DNA of 63,982 nucleotides, filler included, from an uncultured bacterium (GCA_964371695.1; 7 parts of 7 records of this genome joined end to end with filler, not necessarily neighbours in it); one strand, 5' to 3'. Positions 34,223 through 44,108 are shown, counted from the first letter of the whole stretch. The notes: generated by a model not told the origin, from the sequence alone. Translations and numbers: made by a program.

Positions 34223-34411
34223 GCCAGTTCTTGCCCTCTCCCTCAGGGAGAGGGCAGCCGAAGGTTGAACAAAGTGAACCCTGAGGCGGGTGAGGGGGAG
34301 CGAAATAAAATGGACAAAATCAAAAGTTTTGGCCTTCTGCCTTTACCCCCTCACCCGCCAGCGGCCTTGCTCCGCTTGGCCGCTGTCTGCCCTCTCCCTC
34401 AGGGAGAGGGC
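34223..34411. repeat. REP doublet of the CCCTCTCCC family
   Basis: Two GCCCTCTCCCTCAGGGAGAGGGC palindromes with GGCGGGTGAGGGGG / CCCCCTCACCCGCC inverted arms and an A/T-rich spacer. Confidence 0.88.
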
Positions 34412-34489
34412 ATTGCCTGCCTAAAATACCTTCATTCAAAAGTGACTGGCTGAGCCGGTTCAACAATTCCATCAGGTCTGACCATTGCC

Positions 34490-35836
34490 ATGACCAGTGC
34501 CGCCTTTCACACCACACTCGTGGCCCGCGCCACCGCCCCCGGAAGGGGGGCCGTGGCCATGGTGCGCCTGTCGGGGCCCCAGGCGGCGGACATCGCCCGC
34601 GCCATGACGGGCGGCAGGCCCCTGGCCGCCCCCCGGGTCCTGTCCCGCGTGCGAATAACCGACGATGGCCGCACGCTGGACGAGAGCCTGTGGGTCTACT
34701 TCAAAGCCCCCGCCAGTTTCACCGGCGAGGACGTGGTGGAGTTTCACCTGCACGGCAATCCGCTGTTGGCCGAGGCGGTGGTGGCCTTGGCCATCCGCCA
34801 TGGGGCGGTGGCCGCCAAACCGGGTGAGTTCACCCGCCGGGCCGTGGCCCTGGGCAAACTTTCGCTCACACAGGCCGAGGGGCTGGCGGCCCTGATTGAC
34901 GCCCCTGGCCCGGCGGCCATGCAACAGGCCGTGGCCCAGTTAAGGGGCGCGCTGAGCGAGCGGTTTTCAGCGCTGGAAAACAGTCTGCTGGGCCTGCTGG
35001 CGGCCTATGAAGCCGCGCAGGATTATCCCGAAGAAGGTGTGGAAAGCCTGTCGCAGCCCGTGGGGCTGGCGCAACTGGAACCCCTTCTCACACAAATACG
35101 CGGCCTGCTGGCCACACACCCGGCACATCAGGCGCTGCACCGCCTGCCCCCGGTGGCGCTGGTGGGCAGACCCAACGCGGGCAAGAGCAGCCTCTTCAAC
35201 CGCCTGCTGGGCAGCGAGCGCGCCATCATCAGCCCCACCCCCGGCACCACGCGGGACGTACTCACCGCCACCCTGAACATCGGCGGCAGTCTGGTGGAAC
35301 TGCGGGACACCGCCGGTCTGCGCCAAAGCACCGACACCATTGAGCAGGAGGGCATCCGCCGCGCCCTTGAGACAGCCCGCACCGCCGAGTTGTGCCTGCT
35401 GCTGCTGGACCTGAGCCTGACCGCCGAAGAACATCAGAAAGACCAGCGGCTGCTGAAAGAAGCCGGTGTGGAAAACCTGCTGCTGGTGGGCAACAAAATG
35501 GACCTGTGCCCCACCCTGCCGCCGGGGCTGGACGCCGCCATCAGTTGCAAAACCGCCGAAGGACTGGAGCCGCTGCTGCTCATGCTGGCAGGCCGCCTGC
35601 AACCCCGCGAGGCCCCCGCCGGTGAAGTGGCCGTGAACCAGCGCCATGCGCAGAATCTGCAAAACGCCCTGGACTCGCTGGAACAGGCCCGCGCCCTGCT
35701 GGCCCGGCAGGCCCCCGGCGAGGTGGTGGCCGACTGGCTGTGGGCCGCCCTGCGGGAGATCCAGATGGTGGAAGGCGAAAACGTGACCGAAAAAATGCTC
35801 GACGAAATGTTCAGCCGGTTTTGTTTGGGGAAATGA
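34490..35836 (+). CDS. mnmE: tRNA modification GTPase MnmE
   Basis: 'SFTGEDVVEFHLHG', GRPNAGKSS, GTTRD, DTAG, NKMD and C-terminal FCLGK. Confidence 0.97.
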   Translation: MTSAAFHTTLVARATAPGRGAVAMVRLSGPQAADIARAMTGGRPLAAPRVLSRVRITDDGRTLDESLWVYFKAPASFTGEDVVEFHLHGNPLLAEAVVALAIRHGAVAAKPGEFTRRAVALGKLSLTQAEGLAALIDAPGPAAMQQAVAQLRGALSERFSALENSLLGLLAAYEAAQDYPEEGVESLSQPVGLAQLEPLLTQIRGLLATHPAHQALHRLPPVALVGRPNAGKSSLFNRLLGSERAIISPTPGTTRDVLTATLNIGGSLVELRDTAGLRQSTDTIEQEGIRRALETARTAELCLLLLDLSLTAEEHQKDQRLLKEAGVENLLLVGNKMDLCPTLPPGLDAAISCKTAEGLEPLLLMLAGRLQPREAPAGEVAVNQRHAQNLQNALDSLEQARALLARQAPGEVVADWLWAALREIQMVEGENVTEKMLDEMFSRFCLGK

Positions 35837-36128
35837 GCAGCGCACCCTCGGTGATGATTTTCCTGAAAGTCGCGCTCGTGTCCGCCCAGTCCACCACGTC
35901 CACCTTATAGGGCAGGTCCGACTCGCTGAAGTCGTCCTTCAGCGCCGCCAGCAGGCCGGGGGCAAGCGGAGTCTCTCCCATCACGCACAGGTCCAGATCA
36001 GAAAACGGCTTGGCCGCCCCCCCGGCCCGTGAGCCGAAACACACCACCTCCCGCTCTGGCACATGCCGCCCAAGAATCTCCAGCACCATTTCCAGCTCGG
36101 TGGGAGAAATCACCAGCGCCGACTTCAT
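35811..36128 (-). CDS. Minimal nucleotidyltransferase (MNT) antitoxin
   Basis: 'FGSRAGG..SDLDL' GSx10DxD motif and 'SDLPYKVDVVD'. Confidence 0.9.
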   Translation of the reverse strand: MKSALVISPTELEMVLEILGRHVPEREVVCFGSRAGGAAKPFSDLDLCVMGETPLAPGLLAALKDDFSESDLPYKVDVVDWADTSATFRKIITEGALLISPNKTG

Positions 36129-36547
36129 GACGGGTTTCTCGCCCGCAACGCGCTCAACAAGGCCCTGGCGTCGGGCAGAAATTCCTGGGCGGCGTCATAA
36201 ACGGTCTGGGCGGTGTCTTCGCGGTAGACATGGGAGCTGCGGTTGCGCTGCTCCCGATAGGTGAACCAGCGGAGAGGTTCACCCACCAGACCCCGTTCGG
36301 CTCCTTCGCGGATCAGTTCCCTGAAAGACATGGCGTCCACGGCCTCGGGGCTGGGACTGTCGGACTCAATCTGCCGTTTGAGCATTTTCCAGGCCAGTTC
36401 ATAGGTGAACTCGAAACACTGAATCACCGAATTGCGGAACTGCTGGAACAACGCAGCGTCTTGCCGGGCCTGATCTGAAACAGCAAAAGTCAGGGCTGTT
36501 TCCAGTTGGCCAAGGGCGTTTTCAAGCGGTGTCAGATCCAGCGGCAA
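36125..36547 (-). CDS. HEPN-family protein (HI0074-type nucleotidyltransferase substrate-binding)
   Basis: 'IQCFEFTYELAWKMLK' and 'RNRSSHVY' (Rx4H) motifs; AAGGAG RBS before TTG 36547; ATGA overlap with the MNT gene. Confidence 0.9.
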   Translation of the reverse strand: MPLDLTPLENALGQLETALTFAVSDQARQDAALFQQFRNSVIQCFEFTYELAWKMLKRQIESDSPSPEAVDAMSFRELIREGAERGLVGEPLRWFTYREQRNRSSHVYREDTAQTVYDAAQEFLPDARALLSALRARNPS

Positions 36548-36558
36548 GGGGTTCTCCT

Positions 36559-37446
36559 TTAATGTTTTTTGGATCTTTTTAAAAACCACTGCCAATGCTC
36601 TTTTACGAAAAAGTCGAAGAATTCAAGTGTGTTGTCATATTTGGGCTCATCTTTTTTAGACAGGCATTTTTCAGCCTTAAGGCGAACAATACGATCTCTA
36701 GCTTCATCGATATTTCCTCGGAAATTATATATCAAACCAATTGGCCACCCAAAAGCCCAAAACTCTTTTTTTGACCCATTGGATTGAGAAGATGGCTTGA
36801 TGGGGCAATCATACTTTACCCAAACTGGAATGACTTTATCCACACAATAGCGCCTGGAGTTTTTGTCTAGTCCCCAAAAATCCCCGTCACCCATGCTCAT
36901 CACGACACCCATCCAATCCACCGCTTCATGGGTCTTAGCTGCCTGAGATATGGCCGGGCCAAGAATAGTATTCGTCGACTTGTCGACAACAAATTCCCCG
37001 GAGCCAAAAGCCCCCCGAAGCAAAACCCCCTTGTCCCAACCCAATGGAATCAGACCCACAAGGAGTCCCCCAACGGCAGAAACATAATCTTTTTTTTGCC
37101 GCACGGAAACATTATTGCCTATATTTTTCATCGGAAATGTAAGGCAAATCGTATCTCCAAATGTTGAAAAATATCCGCCAAACATTACATTCGTAGAGCT
37201 TCTTTTTGGTTCCTTCCCCGTTTTTATAAATGTATTTTCATAACCCTTCTGAAGCCCGGCAAGCCCTCCAAAAATATAGTTTCTGGCATAAATAAAGTCC
37301 ACACATTGTTGCGCCGAAAAGTCGCGCACACCCAAAGCATCAAGCAGCAATACACCACCCTGGAAAATCAGTGGATTAGAATTAATGGGGCTTTTCGGGA
37401 ATACATCCAACACCAAACCATCCTCCTCTTTTGAGACTCTGCTCAC
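36559..37446 (-). CDS. Hypothetical protein with class III nucleotide-cyclase-like motifs
   Basis: 'LLLDALG', 'FGDTI', 'LLRGAFGSG' and '[11 protein letters not shown]'; visibly AT-richer than its flanks. Confidence 0.6.
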   Translation of the reverse strand: MSRVSKEEDGLVLDVFPKSPINSNPLIFQGGVLLLDALGVRDFSAQQCVDFIYARNYIFGGLAGLQKGYENTFIKTGKEPKRSSTNVMFGGYFSTFGDTICLTFPMKNIGNNVSVRQKKDYVSAVGGLLVGLIPLGWDKGVLLRGAFGSGEFVVDKSTNTILGPAISQAAKTHEAVDWMGVVMSMGDGDFWGLDKNSRRYCVDKVIPVWVKYDCPIKPSSQSNGSKKEFWAFGWPIGLIYNFRGNIDEARDRIVRLKAEKCLSKKDEPKYDNTLEFFDFFVKEHWQWFLKRSKKH

Positions 37447-37990
37447 CCCATCTTCTTGAGCAACTCCGAAACCACCGTGTCGGGTGTCACGCCCTGGGCC
37501 TGGGCGGCGTAGTGCATCACCAGACGGTGGCGCAGCACCTCTGGCGCCACGGCGCGCACGTCTTCCACGCTGGCGTTGCCCCGGTCGTTCATCAGCGCAC
37601 GGGCCTTGGCCCCCAGCACCAGATATTGCCCCGCCCTTGGCCCCGCGCCCCAGCGCAGGTTCTGTCGCACCAGTTCGTGGGGGCTGTCATCGGGTCGCGT
37701 GGACCGCACCAGATCCACCGCGTATTGAAACACGCCGTCGGGCACCGGGGCCTCGCGCACCTGTCGCTGAATGGCCAATATGTCCTCACGGCTGAAAAGT
37801 TTTTCCGTTTCGGCTTCTTCTACGCCCGTGGTCATTTTCAGAATCGCCATTTCTTCGTCGCGGCTGGGGTAATCCACGCGAATTTCGAACATGAAGCGGT
37901 CCAGTTGGGCCTCTGGCAGCGGATAGGTGCCCTCCTGCTCGATGGGGTTCTGTGTGGCGAGCACAAAAAACGGCTCGGCCAGATCAAAGG
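37443..37990 (-). CDS. MoxR family AAA+ ATPase, 5' truncated
   Basis: '[22 protein letters not shown]', 'WGAGPRA' and 'VLRHRL'. Confidence 0.93.
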
Positions 37991-38090
37991 NNNNNNNNNN
38001 NNNNNNNNNNNNNNNNNNNNNNNNNNNNNNNNNNTTAATTAATTAANNNNNNNNNNNNNNNNNNNNNNNNNNNNNNNNNNNNNNNNNNNN
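37991..38090. other. Artificial contig linker
   Basis: N44-TTAATTAATTAA-N44. Confidence 0.97.
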
Positions 38091-38151
38091 GAGTAGCAGC
38101 GATGTCCCCATCGCTGCTGTATTGGTGCGGTGGGGACACCGCACCTGTTCC
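38091..38151. repeat. GTAG-type REP doublet (REPIN-like)
   Basis: GAGTAG-cagcgatgtccccatcgctg ... gtgcggtggggacaccgcac; same family at 59548 and 62142. Confidence 0.78.
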
Positions 38152-38173
38152 TCATTTTTAACCAAATGAACCG

Positions 38174-38497
38174 CTACGGGTGGTTTTTGTCGCCGTTGGA
38201 ACACACGATCCAGCACAGCTCATACACCACCGGGTCCGACACTCTGTAAATCACCGTGGTGCCCTGTTTGGTGCGGGTGAGGATTTTTTCGCGGTAAAGG
38301 TAATTGAGGTGGCGCGAGGCGTTGGCCTGATTCAAGCCCGTCATCTCCAGAATACGTGTGACGGAGGCTTCTCCGTGAATGAGGGCTTTGAGCACTTTGA
38401 GGCGGCTTGGCTCTGAGAGGGCCTTGAATCGCTGGGCGATGTTTTCAAGGGCGGTGTCATCCAGGAGAGGAAGAATTCTTTTTCCAGTATCAGTCAT
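38174..38497 (-). CDS. ArsR/SmtB family transcriptional regulator
   Basis: 'FKALSEPSRLKVL', 'QANASRHL' and 'YRVSDP'. Confidence 0.92.
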   Translation of the reverse strand: MTDTGKRILPLLDDTALENIAQRFKALSEPSRLKVLKALIHGEASVTRILEMTGLNQANASRHLNYLYREKILTRTKQGTTVIYRVSDPVVYELCWIVCSNGDKNHP

Positions 38498-38614
38498 AAG
38501 GCAAATATGTTTCTATCACAGATTCAACCGTTTTCCCAGAGAGTGTGTCAGATTGTGGACATTTGGGCAGAAGGCATTTGTTGGGCATAATCCTAGTTCT
38601 TTCAGGAGGACTTC

Positions 38615-39088
38615 ATGGTTGAAGAAGGAAAAAAAGCGCCCGAATTCAAGGTGCCTGACCAGGACGGAAAAACCGTCACGCAAAAAGATTTTACAGGGAA
38701 ATTTCTGGTTATGTATTTCTACCCCAAGGACATGACCAGCGGTTGCACGGTGCAGGCCGGTGAATTTCAGGCCGCAGCCGCCGCTTTTAAAAAAGCCGGG
38801 GCCATGGTGGTGGGTGTGAGCCGCGACAGCCAGGCGTCCCACTGCAGGTTCCGCGAAAAAGAGGGGCTTGGGTTCACGCTGCTCAGCGACGAAGATGGCG
38901 CGCTGTGCGAAGCCTATGGCGTGTGGGTGGAAAAAAGCATGTATGGGCGCAAATACATGGGCATACAGCGGGATACTTTTTTGATTGGCCCGGACCAGAA
39001 AGTGCTAAAAATCTGGCGCAAGGTCAAACCGGCGGGCCACGCCAAGGAAGTGCTGGCTGCCATTGATGCCAATTCTAATACAAAATAA
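38615..39088 (+). CDS. bcp: Thioredoxin-dependent thiol peroxidase Bcp
   Basis: 'YFYPKDMTSGCT' and 'KSMYGRKYMGIQR'. Confidence 0.93.
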   Translation: MVEEGKKAPEFKVPDQDGKTVTQKDFTGKFLVMYFYPKDMTSGCTVQAGEFQAAAAAFKKAGAMVVGVSRDSQASHCRFREKEGLGFTLLSDEDGALCEAYGVWVEKSMYGRKYMGIQRDTFLIGPDQKVLKIWRKVKPAGHAKEVLAAIDANSNTK

Positions 39089-39160
39089 CATAAATTCGCC
39101 GGAAGGGTTGACTGACAGGAATGCAATATGAAACCAGGAAAGGGTGAGAAGAATTGGCAT

Positions 39161-39349
39161 GAATTCATGGATGAATTCGCCCCGAACATCAAGGCCCAGA
39201 AAGGGCCGCCGATGTTCGCGGCGCAAGCGGGCTTTGCCTGCGCCGCGCCGGGCCGCAGCCATTCACGACGAATGGCAAGGCCAAATAAAAGATTCCAATT
39301 CCTGGTGCCAGGAATTGGAATCGGTATGAGCATTTCAAGGGATGAAATG
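39161..39349. other. Intergenic tandem hairpin array (candidate structured RNA or repeat element)
   Basis: Six consecutive stem-loops; three have AA opposite GCC/GCA internal loops; one is a 15-bp perfect inverted repeat (39291-39322). Confidence 0.6.
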
Positions 39350-40279
39350 GTGAAAAGAGCTTTTTTTCTTCTGCTGGGGATGAGCGTTATGGGCGCGGGG
39401 CGGTCTTTTGCCAAGACGGGCGCGCCGCCGCCTTCTGCACCTCTTTTTGCGCCCAACCTCACGCCGCCTTTTCATGGCACCCTGCAAATGCCTTTTGGCG
39501 CGCCCCTCAAAAAACCGGTCAAGGGGATTTCCCTCAGTTCGCTGGCGCTTTTCAAAAAGACACCGCAAAAAACCATCCTCACCGACTATGAAAATCTGCG
39601 GTTGAGCTGGCAGGGGCCAATGCCCTGTTTCGCCCGCTGGCGCTGCGATATTCATCTGGGGTGGGATCACCAGTCTGCCGGTTTCATGGACGGGTTCATC
39701 GAGGATTACCACAAGTCATTTTCTTTTCCCGAAGGCTCCCGCCCTGGTCTGCCGGTGAATGGTTATGGTTTTCAGGTGCAGGGTGGGGGCGCTTCACTGG
39801 CCGGCGGCAAAAACCCCAACGACACCTTCACCAACCCCGTGCTGCGCATGGTGCGGCCCCGTTTTGGCGGCGAGGGGCTCATTGCGGTTTCGCTGCCGCT
39901 CATGTCGGCGCGAGACAGTGCGCTTGGAAAGGTGGTTGGCTTGGGCGTGGGCTGGCAAAAGCGAAACCTGCACCGACGGGTTTCTCTGGTGGGTGTTGGC
40001 CTGAGCGGCGGCCACGCCCTCACGGGGCAGGCGCCCGTGGCGTGGCACTGGCAGGGACAGCTTTCCCTGGCCCCTCCCACCTGGAAGAAACGCCGCCACA
40101 CCTGGACGATTTTTGCCCAGGGACAACCCATGAAAGGGGCAAAAGCGGTTCCCTTCAAGGGCATGGGGTTGATGCTGCAAGTGGAAATGCAGGTCAAGCC
40201 CGGCTCCGCCAACGTCATCCGTTTTTCCGAAGACCTTGAAAACGCGCAGGATTTCAGCTTGGGTTATTACTGGTTATGA
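39347..40279 (+). CDS. Secreted/outer-membrane protein, DUF3187-like
   Basis: Signal peptide; 'GFMDGFIEDYHKSFSFP' and C-terminal 'FSEDL...DFSL'. Confidence 0.6.
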   Translation: MVKRAFFLLLGMSVMGAGRSFAKTGAPPPSAPLFAPNLTPPFHGTLQMPFGAPLKKPVKGISLSSLALFKKTPQKTILTDYENLRLSWQGPMPCFARWRCDIHLGWDHQSAGFMDGFIEDYHKSFSFPEGSRPGLPVNGYGFQVQGGGASLAGGKNPNDTFTNPVLRMVRPRFGGEGLIAVSLPLMSARDSALGKVVGLGVGWQKRNLHRRVSLVGVGLSGGHALTGQAPVAWHWQGQLSLAPPTWKKRRHTWTIFAQGQPMKGAKAVPFKGMGLMLQVEMQVKPGSANVIRFSEDLENAQDFSLGYYWL

Positions 40280-41853
40280 ACCGTCTCACCCTCAAGGCGC
40301 TGGCGTTTTTTGTCGCCATGAGCGCCTGCATGGGGGCGCTGACCACGGTGTTTCTGGTGACACAGGCCGAGCGGTTGATCCGCGAGCAGACGGTGGGTTT
40401 CGCGGGCTCCATCACCCAGTCGGCCCGCGAGGAGTTCTCGCGCCTGCCCGACACCAGCCTGGACACCCTGCAACTCTTTTTTGAAAACCAGATGGGGCTG
40501 ATTCAGGTGCAGCGCCTGAGGCTGGTGGACAACAAAGGCCACGTGCTGGCGAGCCACCGTTATGTGGGCGGCACAGAGGGGGCCTTCCGCAACCGCCGGG
40601 ACATGCCCCTGGACCCGCTGCTGAACACCCTGCTGGCGCGCCGCCCCACGCAGGCGACCCTTTTTATGGTGGATGGCCTGAAGGGTGAGGAAAAACAGAT
40701 TCAGTCCACGCCCGCCCCTTCGTGGCAGTCGGGCAAAAATCCGCTCAAGGCCGCCGGGTGGGTGACACAGCGGGGCTTCTATGTGGGGGTGCTGGAAATA
40801 GAGTTTTCGCTGGAAGACGCCGTGGCCATGCGCGAGCGCGCCCGCGACCGTTTTTGGCTGGCCATGATTGTGTGGGGCATGATGTTCACCCTGGCTCAGA
40901 CGCTGCTGCTGGCCAAGTGGATTCTGTTTCCGGTGAAGGCCCTGATGGAGGTGGCCGGGCGCGTGGCCGCCGGTGAGGAAACGGCCCGCGCCGGACTGGT
41001 GGGCACCGATGAAATCGCGGACCTTGGGCGGTCACTCAACCACATGGCCGACTCCCTGCATTCGCGCAAAGAACTGCTCTCGCGGCAGAATCAGGATTTG
41101 CTCAAAAAAGACGCCGCCATGCAAACCGAACTGCGCCTGGCCCGTGTGGTGCAGAACGAACTTCTCAAGGGCGAGGTGGTGGCGGTGCGGGGTGCGCGGT
41201 GTCTGGGGCGCGTGATGCAGATGAACGAGGTGGGGGGCGATTTTTTTGAAGTGCTGACGCTGCCCGACGGAGGGCTGGTGGCGGCGGTGGGAGACGTGAG
41301 CGGCAAAGGTGTGCCCGCTGCCCTGGTGATGGTGTTGGTGATGGCGGAGATGAAAGACGTGTTGCGGGAAACCCAAAGCCCCGGCGAGGCCCTTACCCGT
41401 CTGAACCAGCGCCTTTTTCAGCGCCTGGCCGAAGAAGAAATCGCCTATGTCACCATGCTCCTGATGCGTTTTGATCCGGCCCGCAAACAACTGCGTTTTG
41501 CCCGGGCGGCCCATCCTTTTCCGCTGTTGCTGCGCACAGATGCGCAGGGCGAAATATCGGTGCGGGAACTGAAAGCCAAAGGCCTGCCCCTGGGGCTGGA
41601 CGCGGACGCGTGTTATGAAGAAAACCACGAAACCCTTTTGAGCACCGACCGGGTGCTGCTGTTCACCGATGGTGTGTTTGATGTCAAAGGCCAGGACGGG
41701 CGGCTCAGTGAAGAGGAACTGAAGGAATGGGTGGCCCGTGCGGGTCGGTCGGCTGGCCTGGGGTTGGTGGATGAACTTTTTGCCGCCCTCACCGAAAAGG
41801 AAAAGTGGGACCGGAAGGATGATCTGACGCTGGTGGGGTTGTGTGTGGAATGA
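40276..41853 (+). CDS. Membrane HAMP + SpoIIE/RsbU (PP2C) phosphatase
   Basis: Two TM segments, HAMP 'DEIADLGRSLNHMA', 'EVGGDFF', 'GDVSGKGVPAAL', 'FTDGV' and 'DDLT'. Confidence 0.92.
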   Translation: MNRLTLKALAFFVAMSACMGALTTVFLVTQAERLIREQTVGFAGSITQSAREEFSRLPDTSLDTLQLFFENQMGLIQVQRLRLVDNKGHVLASHRYVGGTEGAFRNRRDMPLDPLLNTLLARRPTQATLFMVDGLKGEEKQIQSTPAPSWQSGKNPLKAAGWVTQRGFYVGVLEIEFSLEDAVAMRERARDRFWLAMIVWGMMFTLAQTLLLAKWILFPVKALMEVAGRVAAGEETARAGLVGTDEIADLGRSLNHMADSLHSRKELLSRQNQDLLKKDAAMQTELRLARVVQNELLKGEVVAVRGARCLGRVMQMNEVGGDFFEVLTLPDGGLVAAVGDVSGKGVPAALVMVLVMAEMKDVLRETQSPGEALTRLNQRLFQRLAEEEIAYVTMLLMRFDPARKQLRFARAAHPFPLLLRTDAQGEISVRELKAKGLPLGLDADACYEENHETLLSTDRVLLFTDGVFDVKGQDGRLSEEELKEWVARAGRSAGLGLVDELFAALTEKEKWDRKDDLTLVGLCVE

Positions 41854-43118
41854 CCGGGCCAGAGCCAACGCCGCCTGCTGCGGCCATGCCCTGGTGGCGT
41901 TCCTGCCTGCTCAACATGGGGCTGATCGGGTTTTCTCTTTTGCTGGTGGGGGTGATGGCAGAGGGGGTGATCCGCCTCATCGGCGCAGCCAGGGATTATC
42001 AGGAGCGGCCTGAAGAAGAAAGGATTTATGCCTATCACTCCGTGCTGGGTTACCGCATGAAACCCCATCTGAAAAACGCACCTTTTCATGGTTTTGACTG
42101 GGGCGTGACGCGTTTTGACACCAATGCCCTGGGCTGGCGCGAGGCCCCCGTGCCGCGGCAAAAACCACCGGGTGAAAAGTGGGTGTTTGTGCTGGGGGAC
42201 TCCATCGTGGCGGGCCTGGAGGTGAAGGCCCGCGAGACCATGACCCGCCAACTTCAGAATCGGCTTGGCAGGGAGGTGCGGGTGTTTAACGCGGGCACAC
42301 GGGGTTACAGCACCGCCCAGCAGGCCCTGCTGCTCGAAAAAATCATCCTGCCCCTCAAGCCCGACGCGGTGGTGCTGGTGACGGTTTTTAATGACCCGTC
42401 CGACAACGTGACCGGCGCAGTGGCGGCCAAACCTGCCCGGCGACCATTGTTTCGCCTGGATCAAAACGGCGGACTGATTCCCCCCGTTTTACCCGTCAAA
42501 AATTATCCTGAGACAGTCAACGCCAAACTGCTGCTGGCCCAGAAACTGGTGATCGAGAAAAAAAGCGAAAGCTGGCTCTGGCGAAAGAAATGGCAGAAAT
42601 CTTTCCATGAAATCAAACGCCGCCTGCACCTGCACCGTTTCATCAGTATGCGTTTGGCCGGGATCAAGGACAGGCTGACCCACCAGAAACAATCGGACAA
42701 ACAACCCGTTGAAGAAGTCTGGCGCACGGCGCTGGAGCCGCCCAAAAACCCAGAGGGCAAGGCCCAGATGGCGCTTTATTGCAGTCTGGTAAAACGCATG
42801 GAAGCCCAACTGAAAGGGCGGGGTGTTCCGTTTGTGGTCACGGCTTATGTGGGGCTTTTTCAGTTGGAGGCGCAAAAGCTGGACATGAAAAACCCGGCCC
42901 CCCGCACCATGGAAAACTTCACGTCCCGCCAGTGTCTGACGGGGCACGGCCAGTTTGTGAGTGTGCTGGACGCCTTTGCCAAAGCCCATCAGCACAAGGA
43001 AAAAATTTACTGGCCCCACGACCAGCACTATGCCCCCAAAGGTCACGCACTCACGGCGGAGGTGTTGACGCCCATGGTGAAGAAATCATTGGACAGGGAA
43101 TTGATGTACACCCGTTAA
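41850..43118 (+). CDS. SGNH/GDSL hydrolase-like protein
   Basis: 'LGDS', 'NAGTRGY', 'ND' and 'DQHY..KGH' motifs; N-terminal TM. Confidence 0.85.
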   Translation: MTGPEPTPPAAAMPWWRSCLLNMGLIGFSLLLVGVMAEGVIRLIGAARDYQERPEEERIYAYHSVLGYRMKPHLKNAPFHGFDWGVTRFDTNALGWREAPVPRQKPPGEKWVFVLGDSIVAGLEVKARETMTRQLQNRLGREVRVFNAGTRGYSTAQQALLLEKIILPLKPDAVVLVTVFNDPSDNVTGAVAAKPARRPLFRLDQNGGLIPPVLPVKNYPETVNAKLLLAQKLVIEKKSESWLWRKKWQKSFHEIKRRLHLHRFISMRLAGIKDRLTHQKQSDKQPVEEVWRTALEPPKNPEGKAQMALYCSLVKRMEAQLKGRGVPFVVTAYVGLFQLEAQKLDMKNPAPRTMENFTSRQCLTGHGQFVSVLDAFAKAHQHKEKIYWPHDQHYAPKGHALTAEVLTPMVKKSLDRELMYTR

Positions 43119-44108
43119 CAATCCCAGACAGGCTGCGGCCACGCTCTCTGGTGAAATCCCCGTGTGGCACATCATGTGGCCTTCGGTTTCGGTGCGGGGG
43201 CAGGTGTATTCATAACAGGGGCCGCAGGGCACTTCCACGCGCAGCACTTCGTGGTGTTCACCAACAGGTCCGCAGTGCGCCGGATGGGTGGGGCCGAACA
43301 GCGCCGCCACCGGTGTGCCCACACTCTGCGCCAAGTGCATGGGGCCGGAATCGTTGGTGAGCAGCAGGCGGGCGTTTTTGAGAAACACCGCCAGCTGGGT
43401 GATGGAAAGGCGGCCTGCATCATGCAGCCAGGGCGCCAGGGCCATCAGTTCTTTCACCCGGTTTTCTTCGCCGGATGCGCCAATGACAAACCACGCCAGA
43501 CCTGATTTTTGTTCATGCAGTTTTTGAAGCGCCTGCGCCAGTTGGGGCAGGGGATAACACTTGCTGGCCCAACTGGCGTTGGGGTTCACCACGGCGTACT
43601 CCCCCTGGGGCAATGTCAACCCTTCGTGCCAGCGGGCGGGTGTCTCCAGCCAGGGGCCAGTGGGTGCGCTCGTGGCCGGAAAGACCTGACGCAAAAGGCG
43701 TTCGCGGCGAGTCCACAGGTGTTCCCGTTTTTGGTGTGGCAGGGCGTCGCTCAGCAGCCAGCCCCGTCTTTCGGTGGCGAAACCCACGCGCCTGCCGCCA
43801 CCGGCGCGGGCCAGCAGGGCCGAATAAAAACTGTCGGACATGACAAAACTCAGGCCGGGCCGCACCCGCCGGGCAAACGTCGCCCCCAGCCAGAGGGATT
43901 TCAGGCGCTGCTGATATTTGGGCAGACCCAGCACTTCCGCCACGCCCGGCTGGTCTTTCACCAGTTCCACATAGGCTCCGTTCACCACCCAACAGGTTTC
44001 TGCGTTGGGGTGTTCCTGCTGCAAAACCTTCAGCGCCCTCAAGCCCAGCACCAGGTCTCCCAGCAGGGCGAAATCCACCACCAGCACTTTTTGCGAGGCG
44101 GGACTCAC
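43086..44108 (-). CDS. Glycosyltransferase family 9 (LPS heptosyltransferase, WaaF-like)
   Basis: 'LGDLV', 'TNDSGPMHLA' and 'ALFGPT'. Confidence 0.9.
   Translation of the reverse strand: MSPASQKVLVVDFALLGDLVLGLRALKVLQQEHPNAETCWVVNGAYVELVKDQPGVAEVLGLPKYQQRLKSLWLGATFARRVRPGLSFVMSDSFYSALLARAGGGRRVGFATERRGWLLSDALPHQKREHLWTRRERLLRQVFPATSAPTGPWLETPARWHEGLTLPQGEYAVVNPNASWASKCYPLPQLAQALQKLHEQKSGLAWFVIGASGEENRVKELMALAPWLHDAGRLSITQLAVFLKNARLLLTNDSGPMHLAQSVGTPVAALFGPTHPAHCGPVGEHHEVLRVEVPCGPCYEYTCPRTETEGHMMCHTGISPESVAAACLGLLTGVHQFPVQ

Noticed and set aside
39128-39346. N-terminal extension of the DUF3187-like ORF from ATG 39128
   Set aside because: The signal peptide begins at ATG 39347 and the extension is hairpin-dense. 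It is treated as non-coding, though an in-frame repeat insertion cannot be excluded.
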